A DNA stretch of 34,081 bases from Anaerolineae bacterium. Lineage in GTDB: Bacteria; Chloroflexota; Anaerolineae; Aggregatilineales; Phototrophicaceae. The translations under genes and the position numbers were made by a program. Below, one piece after another: positions 18,536-26,974 of this stretch. The stretch is from NCBI GenBank assembly GCA_034428275.1, contig DAOUIB010000352.1:1-34081 (forward strand), read 5' to 3'. Position 1 is the stretch's first letter, and every line of letters begins with the position of its first letter. Below the pieces are notes generated by a model, which was given only the letters and a program-made list of their open reading frames with translations, made no database searches and was not told where the DNA came from.

Positions 18536-18564
18536 ATTGTGCGGAGGGCGTTCGGGCCTGTCAA
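18536..18564 (-). promoter_or_regulatory. candidate sigma-70-type promoter for the PPOX-membrane protein operon
   Basis: On the minus strand: TTGACA (18564-18559), a 17-nt spacer, then CACAAT (18541-18536), about 80 nt upstream of the ATG at 18456. Confidence 0.4.
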
Positions 18565-18752
18565 TGGCCTGGCCGCCGGGGAGCGACCAAATCGATGGAT
18601 TGCAAGGCGGACGACACAGCGTGGCGTCCGCTCCTGGAGAATGCGGCGGATCGCGCGGGCAGCGGGCGAAGAACCCGGGAGCCTTGACAACATTGCTCGC
18701 CACCACCCGTCCTCCACGCCGGGCACTGCGGATGCCGTCATGCGCGGGCCCT

Positions 18753-19451
18753 TCACCAGGGGATGGTCTCCCGCTCCGGGTCGAGATAGCCGCCATTGTC
18801 CGCCGGAGTCAGACTGTCGATGACGCGCAGCAGGGCCTGCACCGACTCCCTTGTGGAAAGCGAGGCCTGCATGCCGCCCATTTCGGTGCGCACCCAGCCG
18901 GGATGCAGCGAGCAAACGACGATGCCCGAGGGTCCCAGATCGGCGGCCAGGCCGCGCGTGACCATGTTGAGGGCGGCCTTGCTGGAGCAGTAGGCGTACT
19001 GGCCGCCGCTACCCTTGCGCGTCAGCGAGCCCATGCCGGAGGAGATGTTGACGAGCCGCGGCCTGACGCCCCGCCGCAACAGGGGCAGACAGGCCTGCGC
19101 CAGCAGCAGGGGCCCCAGACTGTTGACCTGCAGGGTCTGCAGCATGCTGCCCGGGTCCAGCGTGGCCAGACGCTGTTCGGCATCGGGCGGCTTGATGGCG
19201 GCGTTGTTGACGAGCAGGTCGAGGCCTTCGACCGAGTCGGCCACTTTGGCGACGGCCGCGCGAACGGAGGCCGGGTCGCTGACGTCCATTGGCAGGACGG
19301 TCAGTTGCGGGCCGGCCAGGGCGGCAAGCTCGTCGGCCTGCTGCGGGCGCCGCGCCGTGGCGAAGACGCGGAGGTCAGCGCGACCCAGCCACTGTCGCAC
19401 AAACTCCAGACCGATGCCGCGATTGGCGCCGCTGATGAGGATGCGTTCCAT
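18753..19451 (-). CDS. short-chain dehydrogenase/reductase (classical SDR)
   Basis: 232 aa. Cofactor motif ISGANRGIGLEF (TGxxxGxG type), NNAA, and the catalytic YCSSKAAL (YxxxK). Confidence 0.85.
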   Translation of the reverse strand: MERILISGANRGIGLEFVRQWLGRADLRVFATARRPQQADELAALAGPQLTVLPMDVSDPASVRAAVAKVADSVEGLDLLVNNAAIKPPDAEQRLATLDPGSMLQTLQVNSLGPLLLAQACLPLLRRGVRPRLVNISSGMGSLTRKGSGGQYAYCSSKAALNMVTRGLAADLGPSGIVVCSLHPGWVRTEMGGMQASLSTRESVQALLRVIDSLTPADNGGYLDPERETIPW

Positions 19452-19454
19452 TTG

Positions 19455-19482
19455 TTGACCTTTTGTAGTCCTGTGCTAGTAT
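19455..19482 (+). promoter_or_regulatory. candidate promoter for the first L,D-transpeptidase gene
   Basis: TTGACC (19455-19460), a 16-nt spacer, then TAGTAT (19477-19482). A similar TTGACC-18 nt-CAGTAT lies upstream of the paralog (20771-20800). Confidence 0.4.
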
Positions 19483-19568
19483 ACCCGCCCCCCGGCATTT
19501 CGCCGGGCCCGGTGGCTCGCCGTTTCGCCGTCTACATCATTTGATGCATTTGAGACAAAAGAGGGATC

Positions 19569-20600
19569 ATGCGTGCTGCGACATTTTTCTTCAGTCTTCT
19601 TTTACTACTGGTCAGCAACGGAATGACAGCGGCGGTCGAGATTTGCGCCGGCCCGGGCGAGGGGATTTGCGGGCTGAACGACGTCATTCTGGAAGACTTC
19701 CGCGAGCCCAGGGTGAGTCAGCTGCGCGTCCTGGCGGACGTCGTGTCCGTCCGGGATTACAGGCGCGTGCGCGGCACGCTGCCGGTCTACGACGCGCCGA
19801 ACGGTGAAATGACGGAAACGACCGACAAGGGCTTCAATTTCGTCACCGTGACGCAGACCCGGGGCGACTGGGCGCAAATTGGCGAAGGGGAATGGGTGCC
19901 TCTGGGCGCGCTGGGCGAGTCGGTCAGGCCCTCCTGGTTTGCCGGGGTGGAGCTGCCGCAGGGCGGCCTCGCCTTTCCCATGGCCTGGACGCTGCGACAC
20001 CTGCGGCCGTCAAGCGAACCCGGCGCCGACGAGGCTCCCCACAATCCCTTTCTCTACCGCTACTCGCGGGTGAGCGTTTTCGGCTGCGTTCGCGTCGACG
20101 GCAAGTGCTGGTACCAGATCGCGCCCGGCCAGTGGGTGCATCAGCACAAGGTGGCCATCTCCGAACCCATCGCGCGACCGGCGGAGGTGGAGACGCAGAA
20201 GTGGATCGGCATCGATCTTTACGAACAGGTGCTGACGGCCTACGAAGGGCATTTGCCGGTGTTCACCACGCTCATTTCCTCCGGCCTTGACCGCTGGCCC
20301 ACCAATGAAGGACATTTTCGCGTCTGGCAACGCTACCGGATCGGCGAAATGAGCGGCGCTTTTCGGCGGCCCGATTTCTATTCCCTGCAGGAAGTCCCCT
20401 GGTCGCAGTACTTCGACGACACCATCGCCCTGCATGGCGCTTACTGGCACGACGGCTTCGGCGTCAGGCGCAGCCACGGCTGCGTCAATGCCTCCCTGAC
20501 CGACGCCAAATGGCTCTATGAGTGGTCCAGCGACAGCTGGGACGAGGAAGCGGGCCAGGGAATCTCCATTTACGTCTACAGTACCGGCCAATACAATTGA
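19569..20600 (+). CDS. secreted L,D-transpeptidase (SH3b-like repeats plus a YkuD catalytic domain), paralog 1
   Basis: 343 aa with a signal peptide. YkuD active-site motif HGAYWHDGFGVRRSHGCVNAS. Two SH3b-like stretches (GDWAQIGEGEWVP and GKCWYQIAPGQWVH). Confidence 0.9.
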   Translation: MRAATFFFSLLLLLVSNGMTAAVEICAGPGEGICGLNDVILEDFREPRVSQLRVLADVVSVRDYRRVRGTLPVYDAPNGEMTETTDKGFNFVTVTQTRGDWAQIGEGEWVPLGALGESVRPSWFAGVELPQGGLAFPMAWTLRHLRPSSEPGADEAPHNPFLYRYSRVSVFGCVRVDGKCWYQIAPGQWVHQHKVAISEPIARPAEVETQKWIGIDLYEQVLTAYEGHLPVFTTLISSGLDRWPTNEGHFRVWQRYRIGEMSGAFRRPDFYSLQEVPWSQYFDDTIALHGAYWHDGFGVRRSHGCVNASLTDAKWLYEWSSDSWDEEAGQGISIYVYSTGQYN

Positions 20601-20851
20601 CCTGCCGCCGGGCAGCGGCGGAGTGTTGTCCGCCGACCCCTCCCCGGGAGGGTGCGGTGCCGGATGTCCGGGACGGCGTTGGCCCCGGGCTTCGGGTAGT
20701 AACGCCCCGGCGCCGCTGAACGGTACGCGATTCGTTTTATCTCCGGCGGAAGAGTTGTGACAGGATATTATTGACCTGACTCTGGCGGGCGTGGCAGTAT
20801 GTTCCGCAGGCCACGCCAGAATACGCAGAATGTCGTGGCGAAAGGAAGTGC

Positions 20852-21883
20852 ATGCGGCGATCGTCAATACTGACCCTGTCTGTGTTGCTGCTCCTGACCG
20901 GCAGGCTGGCGCAGGCGCTGCCGGTGTGCGAAGCGCCGGGCGACGGCGCCTGCGCCGTCAGCGACGAGGTGCTGGCCGCCAATCGCTGGCCGGCGGTGCG
21001 CCCCCTGCCCGTCGATGAAGAACTGCTTTACGACCGGGACTACCGGCGCGTCAACGGCATCCTGCCCGTCTACGAGGAGCCCTTTGGCGAATTGCTGGAG
21101 ACCGCCGACGAAGGCTACAGTTTCGTGACCGTGTCGCAAATTGTGGACGACTGGGCGGAAATCGGCGAGGAACAATGGGTCCCGCTAGACGTGCTGGGCG
21201 AGGAAGTCATTCCCTCGCGCTACGCCGGGGTGGAATTGCCGGCGGCGGGCCTGGAGTTTCCGATGGCCTGGACTCTGCGGCACCTGCGCGCGGCGACCGA
21301 ACCGGGCGGCGCTGACTCGCCGCTCAATCCCTTTCTTTATCGCTACACGCGGGTGAACGTCTTCAGTTGCGTGAAGGTGAATGGCAAGTGCTGGTACCAG
21401 ATAGGTTCGGACCAGTGGGTGCACCAGTACAACCTGGCGATGTACCGTCCGGTGCCGCGGCCGGAAGCGGTCGAAACGCAAAAGTGGGTCGGCATCGATC
21501 TTTACGAACAGGTGCTCACGGCCTATGAGGGCGACACACCGGTCTTCACCACGCTGGTGTCCTCCGGCCTGGAAGAATGGTCCACCAACGAAGGCATCTT
21601 CCACGTCTGGTTGCGGCGCGCGCGCGGCGATATGAGCGGCGCCTACCAGCAGCCGGACTTTTACTCCTTGCAGGAAGTCCCCTGGACGCAGTATTTCGAC
21701 GGCGGCATCGCCCTGCATGGCGCTTACTGGCACGATGGCTTCGGCTTTCGCCGCAGTCACGGCTGCGTCAACGCGTCGATCCTCGATTCGAACTGGCTCT
21801 ACACCTGGTCCGGCGACACCTGGGACTGGGAAGAAGGCCACGGCATCGCGGTTTACGTCTACACCACCGGTCAATACGAATAG
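20852..21883 (+). CDS. secreted L,D-transpeptidase (SH3b-like repeats plus a YkuD catalytic domain), paralog 2
   Basis: 343 aa, aligning without gaps to paralog 1. Motif HGAYWHDGFGFRRSHGCVNAS. RBS AAAGGAAG before the ATG. Confidence 0.9.
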   Translation: MRRSSILTLSVLLLLTGRLAQALPVCEAPGDGACAVSDEVLAANRWPAVRPLPVDEELLYDRDYRRVNGILPVYEEPFGELLETADEGYSFVTVSQIVDDWAEIGEEQWVPLDVLGEEVIPSRYAGVELPAAGLEFPMAWTLRHLRAATEPGGADSPLNPFLYRYTRVNVFSCVKVNGKCWYQIGSDQWVHQYNLAMYRPVPRPEAVETQKWVGIDLYEQVLTAYEGDTPVFTTLVSSGLEEWSTNEGIFHVWLRRARGDMSGAYQQPDFYSLQEVPWTQYFDGGIALHGAYWHDGFGFRRSHGCVNASILDSNWLYTWSGDTWDWEEGHGIAVYVYTTGQYE

Positions 21884-21934
21884 TCCGCAGGAGCCCCGAA
21901 CAAGGGCCTGGACCCGACCGGCGTCAGATGGCGA

Positions 21935-22690
21935 TCAGAGGGTGATGTCCCAGGCGGCCAGATCGGCCAGAAAGCGGTGGGCCGTCAGGTCCAGATGGAT
22001 GGGGGTCACGCTGGCGTAGCCGTGGTGCACGGCCCAGAGGTCGGTGCCTTCCTCGTCGGTCATGCCGCCCGGCGCCGGCCCGACGATGCGATAGACGCTG
22101 CCGTTGCTGGCGATTTCGTCGTTGTAAATGCGGATCCCCTGGCGCGTCAGACGAATCTCGCGGATGTCGTCGCAGGCCGGCAGGTTGACGTTGAGGATGG
22201 TGAAGGGCGGCAGGCAGCGTTTGAGGGCGTATTCACCGACGATGCGCGCGGCGATGCGCGCGGCCGCGGCGTAGTCGGCGACGTCGTCGGCGGCCGGGTT
22301 GTCGAGAGAGAAGGCGATGGCCGGGATGCCGTGGATGGTGGCCTCCAGCGCCGCGCTGACCGTGCCGCTGTAGGTCACGTCCTGGCCCATGTTGGCGCCG
22401 CGGTTGATACCGGATACGACGACGCGCGCCGGCCATTCGGCCATGCCCAGGGCGGTCAGCGCGATGCAGTCGGCCGGCGAGCCGCTCACGGCCAGGGCGG
22501 GCGTGCCGTCCGGCAGCAGGGTCCCGGCGACCGGGATGTCCTGGAAGAGGGTCTTCTTGTGGCCGCTGGCGCTCTGGTTGACGGCCGGTGCGATAACGCG
22601 CACCTCGCCCAGTTCCTGCATGGCGCCGGCCAGCGCGACGATGCCCGGCGCGCGCACGCCGTCATCGTTGGTGACGAGAATGTAGCTCAC
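21935..22690 (-). CDS. surE: 5'/3'-nucleotidase SurE
   Basis: 251 aa. The N-terminal ILVTNDDGVRAPGI signature and GINRGANMG are typical of SurE. GTG start with GGGAG upstream. Confidence 0.9.
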   Translation of the reverse strand: MSYILVTNDDGVRAPGIVALAGAMQELGEVRVIAPAVNQSASGHKKTLFQDIPVAGTLLPDGTPALAVSGSPADCIALTALGMAEWPARVVVSGINRGANMGQDVTYSGTVSAALEATIHGIPAIAFSLDNPAADDVADYAAAARIAARIVGEYALKRCLPPFTILNVNLPACDDIREIRLTRQGIRIYNDEIASNGSVYRIVGPAPGGMTDEEGTDLWAVHHGYASVTPIHLDLTAHRFLADLAAWDITL

Positions 22691-22795
22691 TCGGGTTGCA
22701 CTCCCTGTTTTTTCGCTTTCTCCATTCCCGGTATTGTACGACGGGATGTCAAGCGGGAATTTCGTCCCGGTTAAGGGCGGGTAAACCGGCTTGTC

Positions 22796-24481
22796 TCAGT
22801 TCTCGATGTTAATGCTGCCGAGAGGGATGCGTCTGTCGTCTGGCTGTTGACCGTCGGCCAGCGTGACCTCAAGGCGTTGCATGTCCGCCAGGCGGTACAG
22901 TCCCGTGTAGACTCTGTAGACCCCGGCTGCCAGATCCCCAGGGACGGTGAAACTCCACTGTTCGTCGGACAGCAGTCCGGGATACCAGAGGCGGGTGGGC
23001 AAACGCAATCCAAGAGGATACTGGTCCACGTTCCAGAATGACCCCCCTGCCTCCGGCACGAAATGCAGAAACTGGGTCCAGTCTTCCTCATCTTCAGTCA
23101 CCGAGCTCCACTGAAACTCGACGTTCATGATCTCTCCAGACTGGACGCGTTCAGGCAGGATAGCCTGCTGCAGGGCGAAACCGTTGGCAAAGTTGCCGGG
23201 CGTCTCGTGTTGCGGCGGGGTCGCTGCGGGCTCGGGAAAAACCACTTCATCCAGCAGGATATGCGTCTCTCCCAGGAGCGGGTAATCGCTGAAATCTATT
23301 GGCAGGGGTGTGAATTCTTCGCCGTCAATTTGCCAGAACGAGATTGTCAGCCACATTGCGCGATTTACCGGCGCGCTTGCCGGTATTTGCAAGGTTGCCT
23401 GCGGAAACACAGAATTCAGGATGCCGGGCGACCAGTTGCGGGCATCTATACCGCTGCGTTTGTTGGCAGTAACGATCGGGTTGCCACTCTCCTGGTCCAG
23501 GAGCTGGAAAGTGAAGCCAAAGTTGCCGGGAACAGGTCTTGTCGCAAGCAACCAGATGTTGATCGTCTCCTGTGTTCCGGGGCTCATTGAATAGTGAGAC
23601 CAGCCGCGCAAGGCAAGGGCGCCGTCAAAAGTGTCCGCAGAGATTTCCTGACCGAATCCATTCCACAGGAAGCCTGTCCGCTGGACCACCGTTGCATTCC
23701 AGACCGGTGCGCCCAAACGCAACGTGGCAGCAATCACCATGGTCAGGCAGACACTTGCCAGGAATTTGCGTTTAGCGATTACGGGGCGTGGCATGTTTGC
23801 TGATGCGTAACCCGCTGTTCCTGCAAGGGCAACAGCGATGCCCAGCAACTCCAGAGTTTCTTCCAGGGGTTCAACCCGGTGAATGTTCAAAAGGATGGCA
23901 TCGTCGAGAAGATAGCCACAAGCCCAGATGCCCAACCCGACGGGCAGGAGGAGAAGGCAGAAACGTCTGACCTCGTCCTTCCGGTAACGCAGGGCCAGAA
24001 TCAGCGAACCCGTCGCCAGAAAAAGGCCTGAAAGCACCAACAGCAGGTCTTTGGGGACGAGCCAGTAGGAAAGAAAGACGTACTCGAAGTGGGACAATCC
24101 CGTGAGCAATACCGCAAGAACAAACCAGAATGCCTGCTCGGGGAAGCGGTGACTTCGAGACGTGATTCCATTGAGGAAGCACATCGTCCCCAGAAAGAGA
24201 ATCTGAAATGTTGAATTCAGCGAGGCGATTGTCCGTTCCTCGTCGAAGTGCCAGGTATAGAGAGGAATGAGGTCCGGGCCGATCAGAAAAGCACTGTAGT
24301 GGACTACGAACAGCAACGCATGTATGGAGACAAACAGGGTCGCCAGTTGTCTTCCCGGAAATGGTATTAATGTCCTTAACCTGAAATTCGCTATCCAGAC
24401 CAGGAATGCACACAAGAAAAGGGAAAGAGAAAGAAACGGCAAGTCTTGCTGCAATTCAGAAATCATTCTTACATATTGCAT
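22796..24481 (-). CDS. low-GC membrane protein: N-terminal ~8-TM domain plus two C-terminal extracytoplasmic modules resembling the C-terminal tails of GT-C (family 39-like) glycosyltransferases
   Basis: 561-aa uninterrupted ORF. I predict about eight hydrophobic helices in aa 14-257. The C-terminal repeats follow the pattern ...W...F.H(F/L)....G......D..P......PT..W.PG....D......P.DL..G.Y.(V/L)..GLY, for example WTQFLHFVPEAGGSFWNVDQYPLGLRLPTRLWYPGLLSDEQWSFTVPGDLAAGVYRVYTGLYR. GC is clearly lower than in the flanks. Confidence 0.7.
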   Translation of the reverse strand: MQYVRMISELQQDLPFLSLSLFLCAFLVWIANFRLRTLIPFPGRQLATLFVSIHALLFVVHYSAFLIGPDLIPLYTWHFDEERTIASLNSTFQILFLGTMCFLNGITSRSHRFPEQAFWFVLAVLLTGLSHFEYVFLSYWLVPKDLLLVLSGLFLATGSLILALRYRKDEVRRFCLLLLPVGLGIWACGYLLDDAILLNIHRVEPLEETLELLGIAVALAGTAGYASANMPRPVIAKRKFLASVCLTMVIAATLRLGAPVWNATVVQRTGFLWNGFGQEISADTFDGALALRGWSHYSMSPGTQETINIWLLATRPVPGNFGFTFQLLDQESGNPIVTANKRSGIDARNWSPGILNSVFPQATLQIPASAPVNRAMWLTISFWQIDGEEFTPLPIDFSDYPLLGETHILLDEVVFPEPAATPPQHETPGNFANGFALQQAILPERVQSGEIMNVEFQWSSVTEDEEDWTQFLHFVPEAGGSFWNVDQYPLGLRLPTRLWYPGLLSDEQWSFTVPGDLAAGVYRVYTGLYRLADMQRLEVTLADGQQPDDRRIPLGSINIEN

Positions 24482-24619
24482 AAGTGTCGAAGAGTATCAG
24501 GGGCCGGAGCATGGAGACAGGGGCAGATGTCACCCTCGGGCTATTGTGTCTATGGAAGGGAGCGCGCTGCCCACAGAAAAGCGGGGCGGCGCAAGTTGTG
24601 GCGGGCGTTCAGGCGGGAA

Positions 24620-25315
24620 TCAGGCGGCGGTACCCACCCTTATGCCGGGCCCCATGGTGGAGGTCAGCACGACGCGCCGCATGTAGGCGCCCTTCAGCGC
24701 CGAAGGACGGGCGCCGCTGATGGCGTCGATGACCGTGCGCGTGTTTTCCAGCAGGGGCTCATAGTCAAAGCTGGCCTTGCCGACCGGCACGTGCAGGTTG
24801 CCGGTCTTGTCGTTGCGAAACTCGACGCGGCCGGCCTTGCGCTCCTCGATGGCCTGGGGCAGTTCGGCGGGCTGCACCACCGTCCCGGCGCGCGGGTTAG
24901 GCATCATGCCGCGCGGGCCGAGGATGCGGCCCAGACGTCCCACGCGCGACATCATGGACGGCACCGCCAGAGCGGCGTCGAATTCCAGCCAGCCCTCGTT
25001 CTGGATGCGGGCGACCACCGCGTCGTCGGCGATGACGTCGGCGCCGGCCTCTTCGGCGGCGCGGGCGTCTTCACCCTCGGCGAAGACCAGCACGCGCACG
25101 GAGCGGCCCAGGCCATGCGGCAGCAGCACGGTGTTGCGCACCTGCTGGTCGCTGTGGCGCGGGTCGATGCCGAGGCGCACGTGGACCTCGATGGTCTCGT
25201 CGAATTTGGCGGTGGCCAGTTTCTTAACCAGCCGCACCGCTTCCTCCAGCGGGTAGTCCTGCTTGCGGTCGATTTCCTGCAGCGCTGCCTTGTAACGTTT
25301 GCCTCTTTTTGCCAT
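24620..25315 (-). CDS. rplA: 50S ribosomal protein L1
   Basis: MAKRGKRYKAALQEIDRKQDYPLEEAVRLVKKLATAKFDETIEVHVRLGIDPRHSDQQVR is an unmistakable L1 N-terminus. ATG at 25315 with GGGGAGGG upstream. The track start at 25360 is an upstream extension. Confidence 0.95.
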   Translation of the reverse strand: MAKRGKRYKAALQEIDRKQDYPLEEAVRLVKKLATAKFDETIEVHVRLGIDPRHSDQQVRNTVLLPHGLGRSVRVLVFAEGEDARAAEEAGADVIADDAVVARIQNEGWLEFDAALAVPSMMSRVGRLGRILGPRGMMPNPRAGTVVQPAELPQAIEERKAGRVEFRNDKTGNLHVPVGKASFDYEPLLENTRTVIDAISGARPSALKGAYMRRVVLTSTMGPGIRVGTAA

Positions 25316-25373
25316 GTTTCCCTCCCCGTGGTGCCGGCGGGCCAGGCGCGGCCCTCCCACAGAACCTTGTGAA

Positions 25374-25799
25374 TCAGTCGATGACGATGACGCCCATCTG
25401 GCGCGCGGTGCCTTCCACCTGACGCATGGCCGCCTCGATATTCGAGGTGTTGAGGTCGGGCAATTTCACCTCGGCGATTTCCTGCACCTGGCGGCGATTG
25501 AGCTGGCCGACCTTTTCGCTGAGGGGGTTGGCGGCGCCTTTCTCGATGCCGGCGGCCTTGCGGATCAGGAAGGCCGTCGGCGGGCTTTTGAGATCAAAGC
25601 GGAAGGAGTTGTCGCTGAAGACGGTGATTTCGGCGGGAATGATATCGCCCATGCGGTTGCTGGTGCGGGCGTTGTATTCCTTGCAAAAGCCCATCAGATT
25701 GATGCCGTGCTGGGCCAGCGCCGGCCCGATCGGCGGCGCCGGATTGGCCTTGCCGGCGGGAATTTGCAGGGTCAGGATGGCCTTGATTTTCTTTGCCAT
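25374..25799 (-). CDS. rplK: 50S ribosomal protein L11
   Basis: [44 protein letters not shown] is a canonical L11. Confidence 0.95.
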   Translation of the reverse strand: MAKKIKAILTLQIPAGKANPAPPIGPALAQHGINLMGFCKEYNARTSNRMGDIIPAEITVFSDNSFRFDLKSPPTAFLIRKAAGIEKGAANPLSEKVGQLNRRQVQEIAEVKLPDLNTSNIEAAMRQVEGTARQMGVIVID

Positions 25800-25813
25800 G
25801 CAGTTTTTCGTCC

Positions 25814-26434
25814 TCAGGCTTTCTCGACTTCCAGGAAATCCAGCTCGACCGGCGTATCGCGGCCGAAAAAGTTGACCATCACGCGCACGCGGGTCTTGTC
25901 GATGTCGATGTTGTCCACCGTGCCGATAAAGTCATTGAAGGGGCCGTCGATGATGCGCACCTTCTCGCCGACGCTGAAGTTGACGACGATGGTCGGCGTC
26001 TCCTGCGACATGCGGTCCATGATCTTGTTGACTTCTTCCTCGCGCAGGGGCGTGGGGTCGTTGCCCATGCCCACAAAGCCGGTCACGCCGGGGGTGTTGC
26101 GCACGACGTACCAGGAGTCCTCGTCCATGACCATTTCGACCAGCAGGTAGCCGGGGAAGACGCGTCGTTCCACCGGGCGGTGCTTGCCGTCGCGAATCTC
26201 GATCTCTTCCTCGGTGGGGATGATGACGTCGAAGATCTTGTCGCGCATGCCCATGGTCTCGATGCGCTGCTCGATGGCGTGGCGCACCTTGTTCTCGTAG
26301 CCGGAATAGCAGTGGATCACGAACCATTGCCTGTCGACCGCGGCGCCTTCCGTGCCGTCCTCAAGGATGATGTTGAGGTCGTCGTCCTCGCTGTCCAGCC
26401 AGACCGGTTCGGGATCGAAGCCTTCCTGGTTCAT
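25814..26434 (-). CDS. nusG: transcription termination/antitermination factor NusG with an acidic N-terminal extension
   Basis: NGN domain [14 protein letters not shown]...FPGYLLVEM and [27 protein letters not shown] at 26434 is preceded by GGGAG. An alternative ATG at 26458 overlaps the secE stop. The 350-aa track ORF overlaps secE and is rejected. Confidence 0.9.
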   Translation of the reverse strand: MNQEGFDPEPVWLDSEDDDLNIILEDGTEGAAVDRQWFVIHCYSGYENKVRHAIEQRIETMGMRDKIFDVIIPTEEEIEIRDGKHRPVERRVFPGYLLVEMVMDEDSWYVVRNTPGVTGFVGMGNDPTPLREEEVNKIMDRMSQETPTIVVNFSVGEKVRIIDGPFNDFIGTVDNIDIDKTRVRVMVNFFGRDTPVELDFLEVEKA

Positions 26435-26451
26435 TTGCTCTCCCGCCCCCG

Positions 26452-26919
26452 TCACCATGACGCTGTATTCTTGCGATTGGAACGAATGTAAAAGAATGTG
26501 CCCAACCCGACGACCACGACGAAAAAGCCGAGGAAGAACAGGGGCTGGCCCAGGCCAATGGCGAAGAGTTCGCTGTAGCCCAGGGTGATCAGGCCCAGCA
26601 CGATGGCCGCCAGCAGGGTGGACACCAGCACGATGACGCTCAGGCGCCGCGCCTCCAGGCGGGAGGGCCAGCTGACCTTGTTGACCTCGTCGCGCACGCC
26701 CTCGAAATAGTTGCCGATCCTGGTGAAGGGCCGGGTCAAACGGTTGCCGCTCTCCTGCACCACCGGCTGGTTGCGGCGGCCAGGCGTGACGCGACCCTTG
26801 CGCGCCGTGACGCCGCGCTCCTGCGACCTTTGCGGCTGAGCGTCGGCGCCCTTGCCAAAAGGCCACCAGCCCCGCCGTTTCCGGGTTTCGGTGACTTTTT
26901 CCCTGTTGCCGGTTGTCAT
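26452..26919 (-). CDS. secE: preprotein translocase subunit SecE, with long N- and C-terminal extensions
   Basis: The core FEGVRDEVNKVSWPSRLEARRLSVIVLVSTLLAAIVLGLI matches the SecE amphipathic helix plus TM. It sits in the canonical position between tRNA-Trp and nusG. RBS GAGGAG before the ATG at 26919. Confidence 0.8.
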   Translation of the reverse strand: MTTGNREKVTETRKRRGWWPFGKGADAQPQRSQERGVTARKGRVTPGRRNQPVVQESGNRLTRPFTRIGNYFEGVRDEVNKVSWPSRLEARRLSVIVLVSTLLAAIVLGLITLGYSELFAIGLGQPLFFLGFFVVVVGLGTFFYIRSNRKNTASW

Positions 26920-26939
26920 ACGTACTCCTCGCTCATACA

Positions 26940-26964
26940 GGGGGCGCCGGGTCGGCGCGCCCCC
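26940..26964 (-). other. GC-rich hairpin between tRNA-Trp and secE
   Basis: 8-bp stem gggggcgc (26940-26947) pairing with gcgccccc (26957-26964), with a 9-nt loop. There is no convincing U-tract on the minus strand, so it may be a processing or attenuation structure rather than a terminator. Confidence 0.3.
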
Positions 26965-26974
26965 GTTTCAGTTG

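Noticed and set aside
18459-19544. 361-aa plus-strand ORF across the SDR gene and the upstream spacer.
   Set aside because: It is antisense to a clean SDR (TGxxxGxG, YxxxK) and its translation is Arg/Gly-rich with no features.
20605-20621. Hairpin ccgccg-ggcag-cggcgg just after the first L,D-transpeptidase gene, as a possible terminator.
   Set aside because: The stem is only 6 bp and no T-run follows (agtgttgtcc). In this GC-rich context such hairpins occur by chance.
23711-24481. The N-terminal 8-TM domain of the low-GC protein as an exosortase-like transpeptidase (IWACGY and NIHRV loosely recall the exosortase Cys and Arg motifs).
   Set aside because: The resemblance rests on two or three residues spotted by eye. 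There is no PEP-CTERM-type substrate nearby and no way to verify it without profile searches. It is kept only as an idea to test.
22796-24481. Mobile-element signatures (integrase, transposase, inverted or direct terminal repeats, tRNA-adjacent att site) flanking either low-GC segment.
   Set aside because: I could find none by eye. The nearest tRNA genes are more than 2 kb from the first island and about 5 kb from the second. No mobile-element call is made.
24446-25372. 308-aa plus-strand ORF.
   Set aside because: It is antisense to ribosomal protein L1, which is unambiguous.
26435-26866. Upstream 144-codon extension of the nusG ORF (the track gives 350 aa).
   Set aside because: The extension overlaps the whole of secE in another frame and is Arg/Gly/Pro-rich. 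A good RBS and ATG exist at 26434, just downstream of the secE stop.
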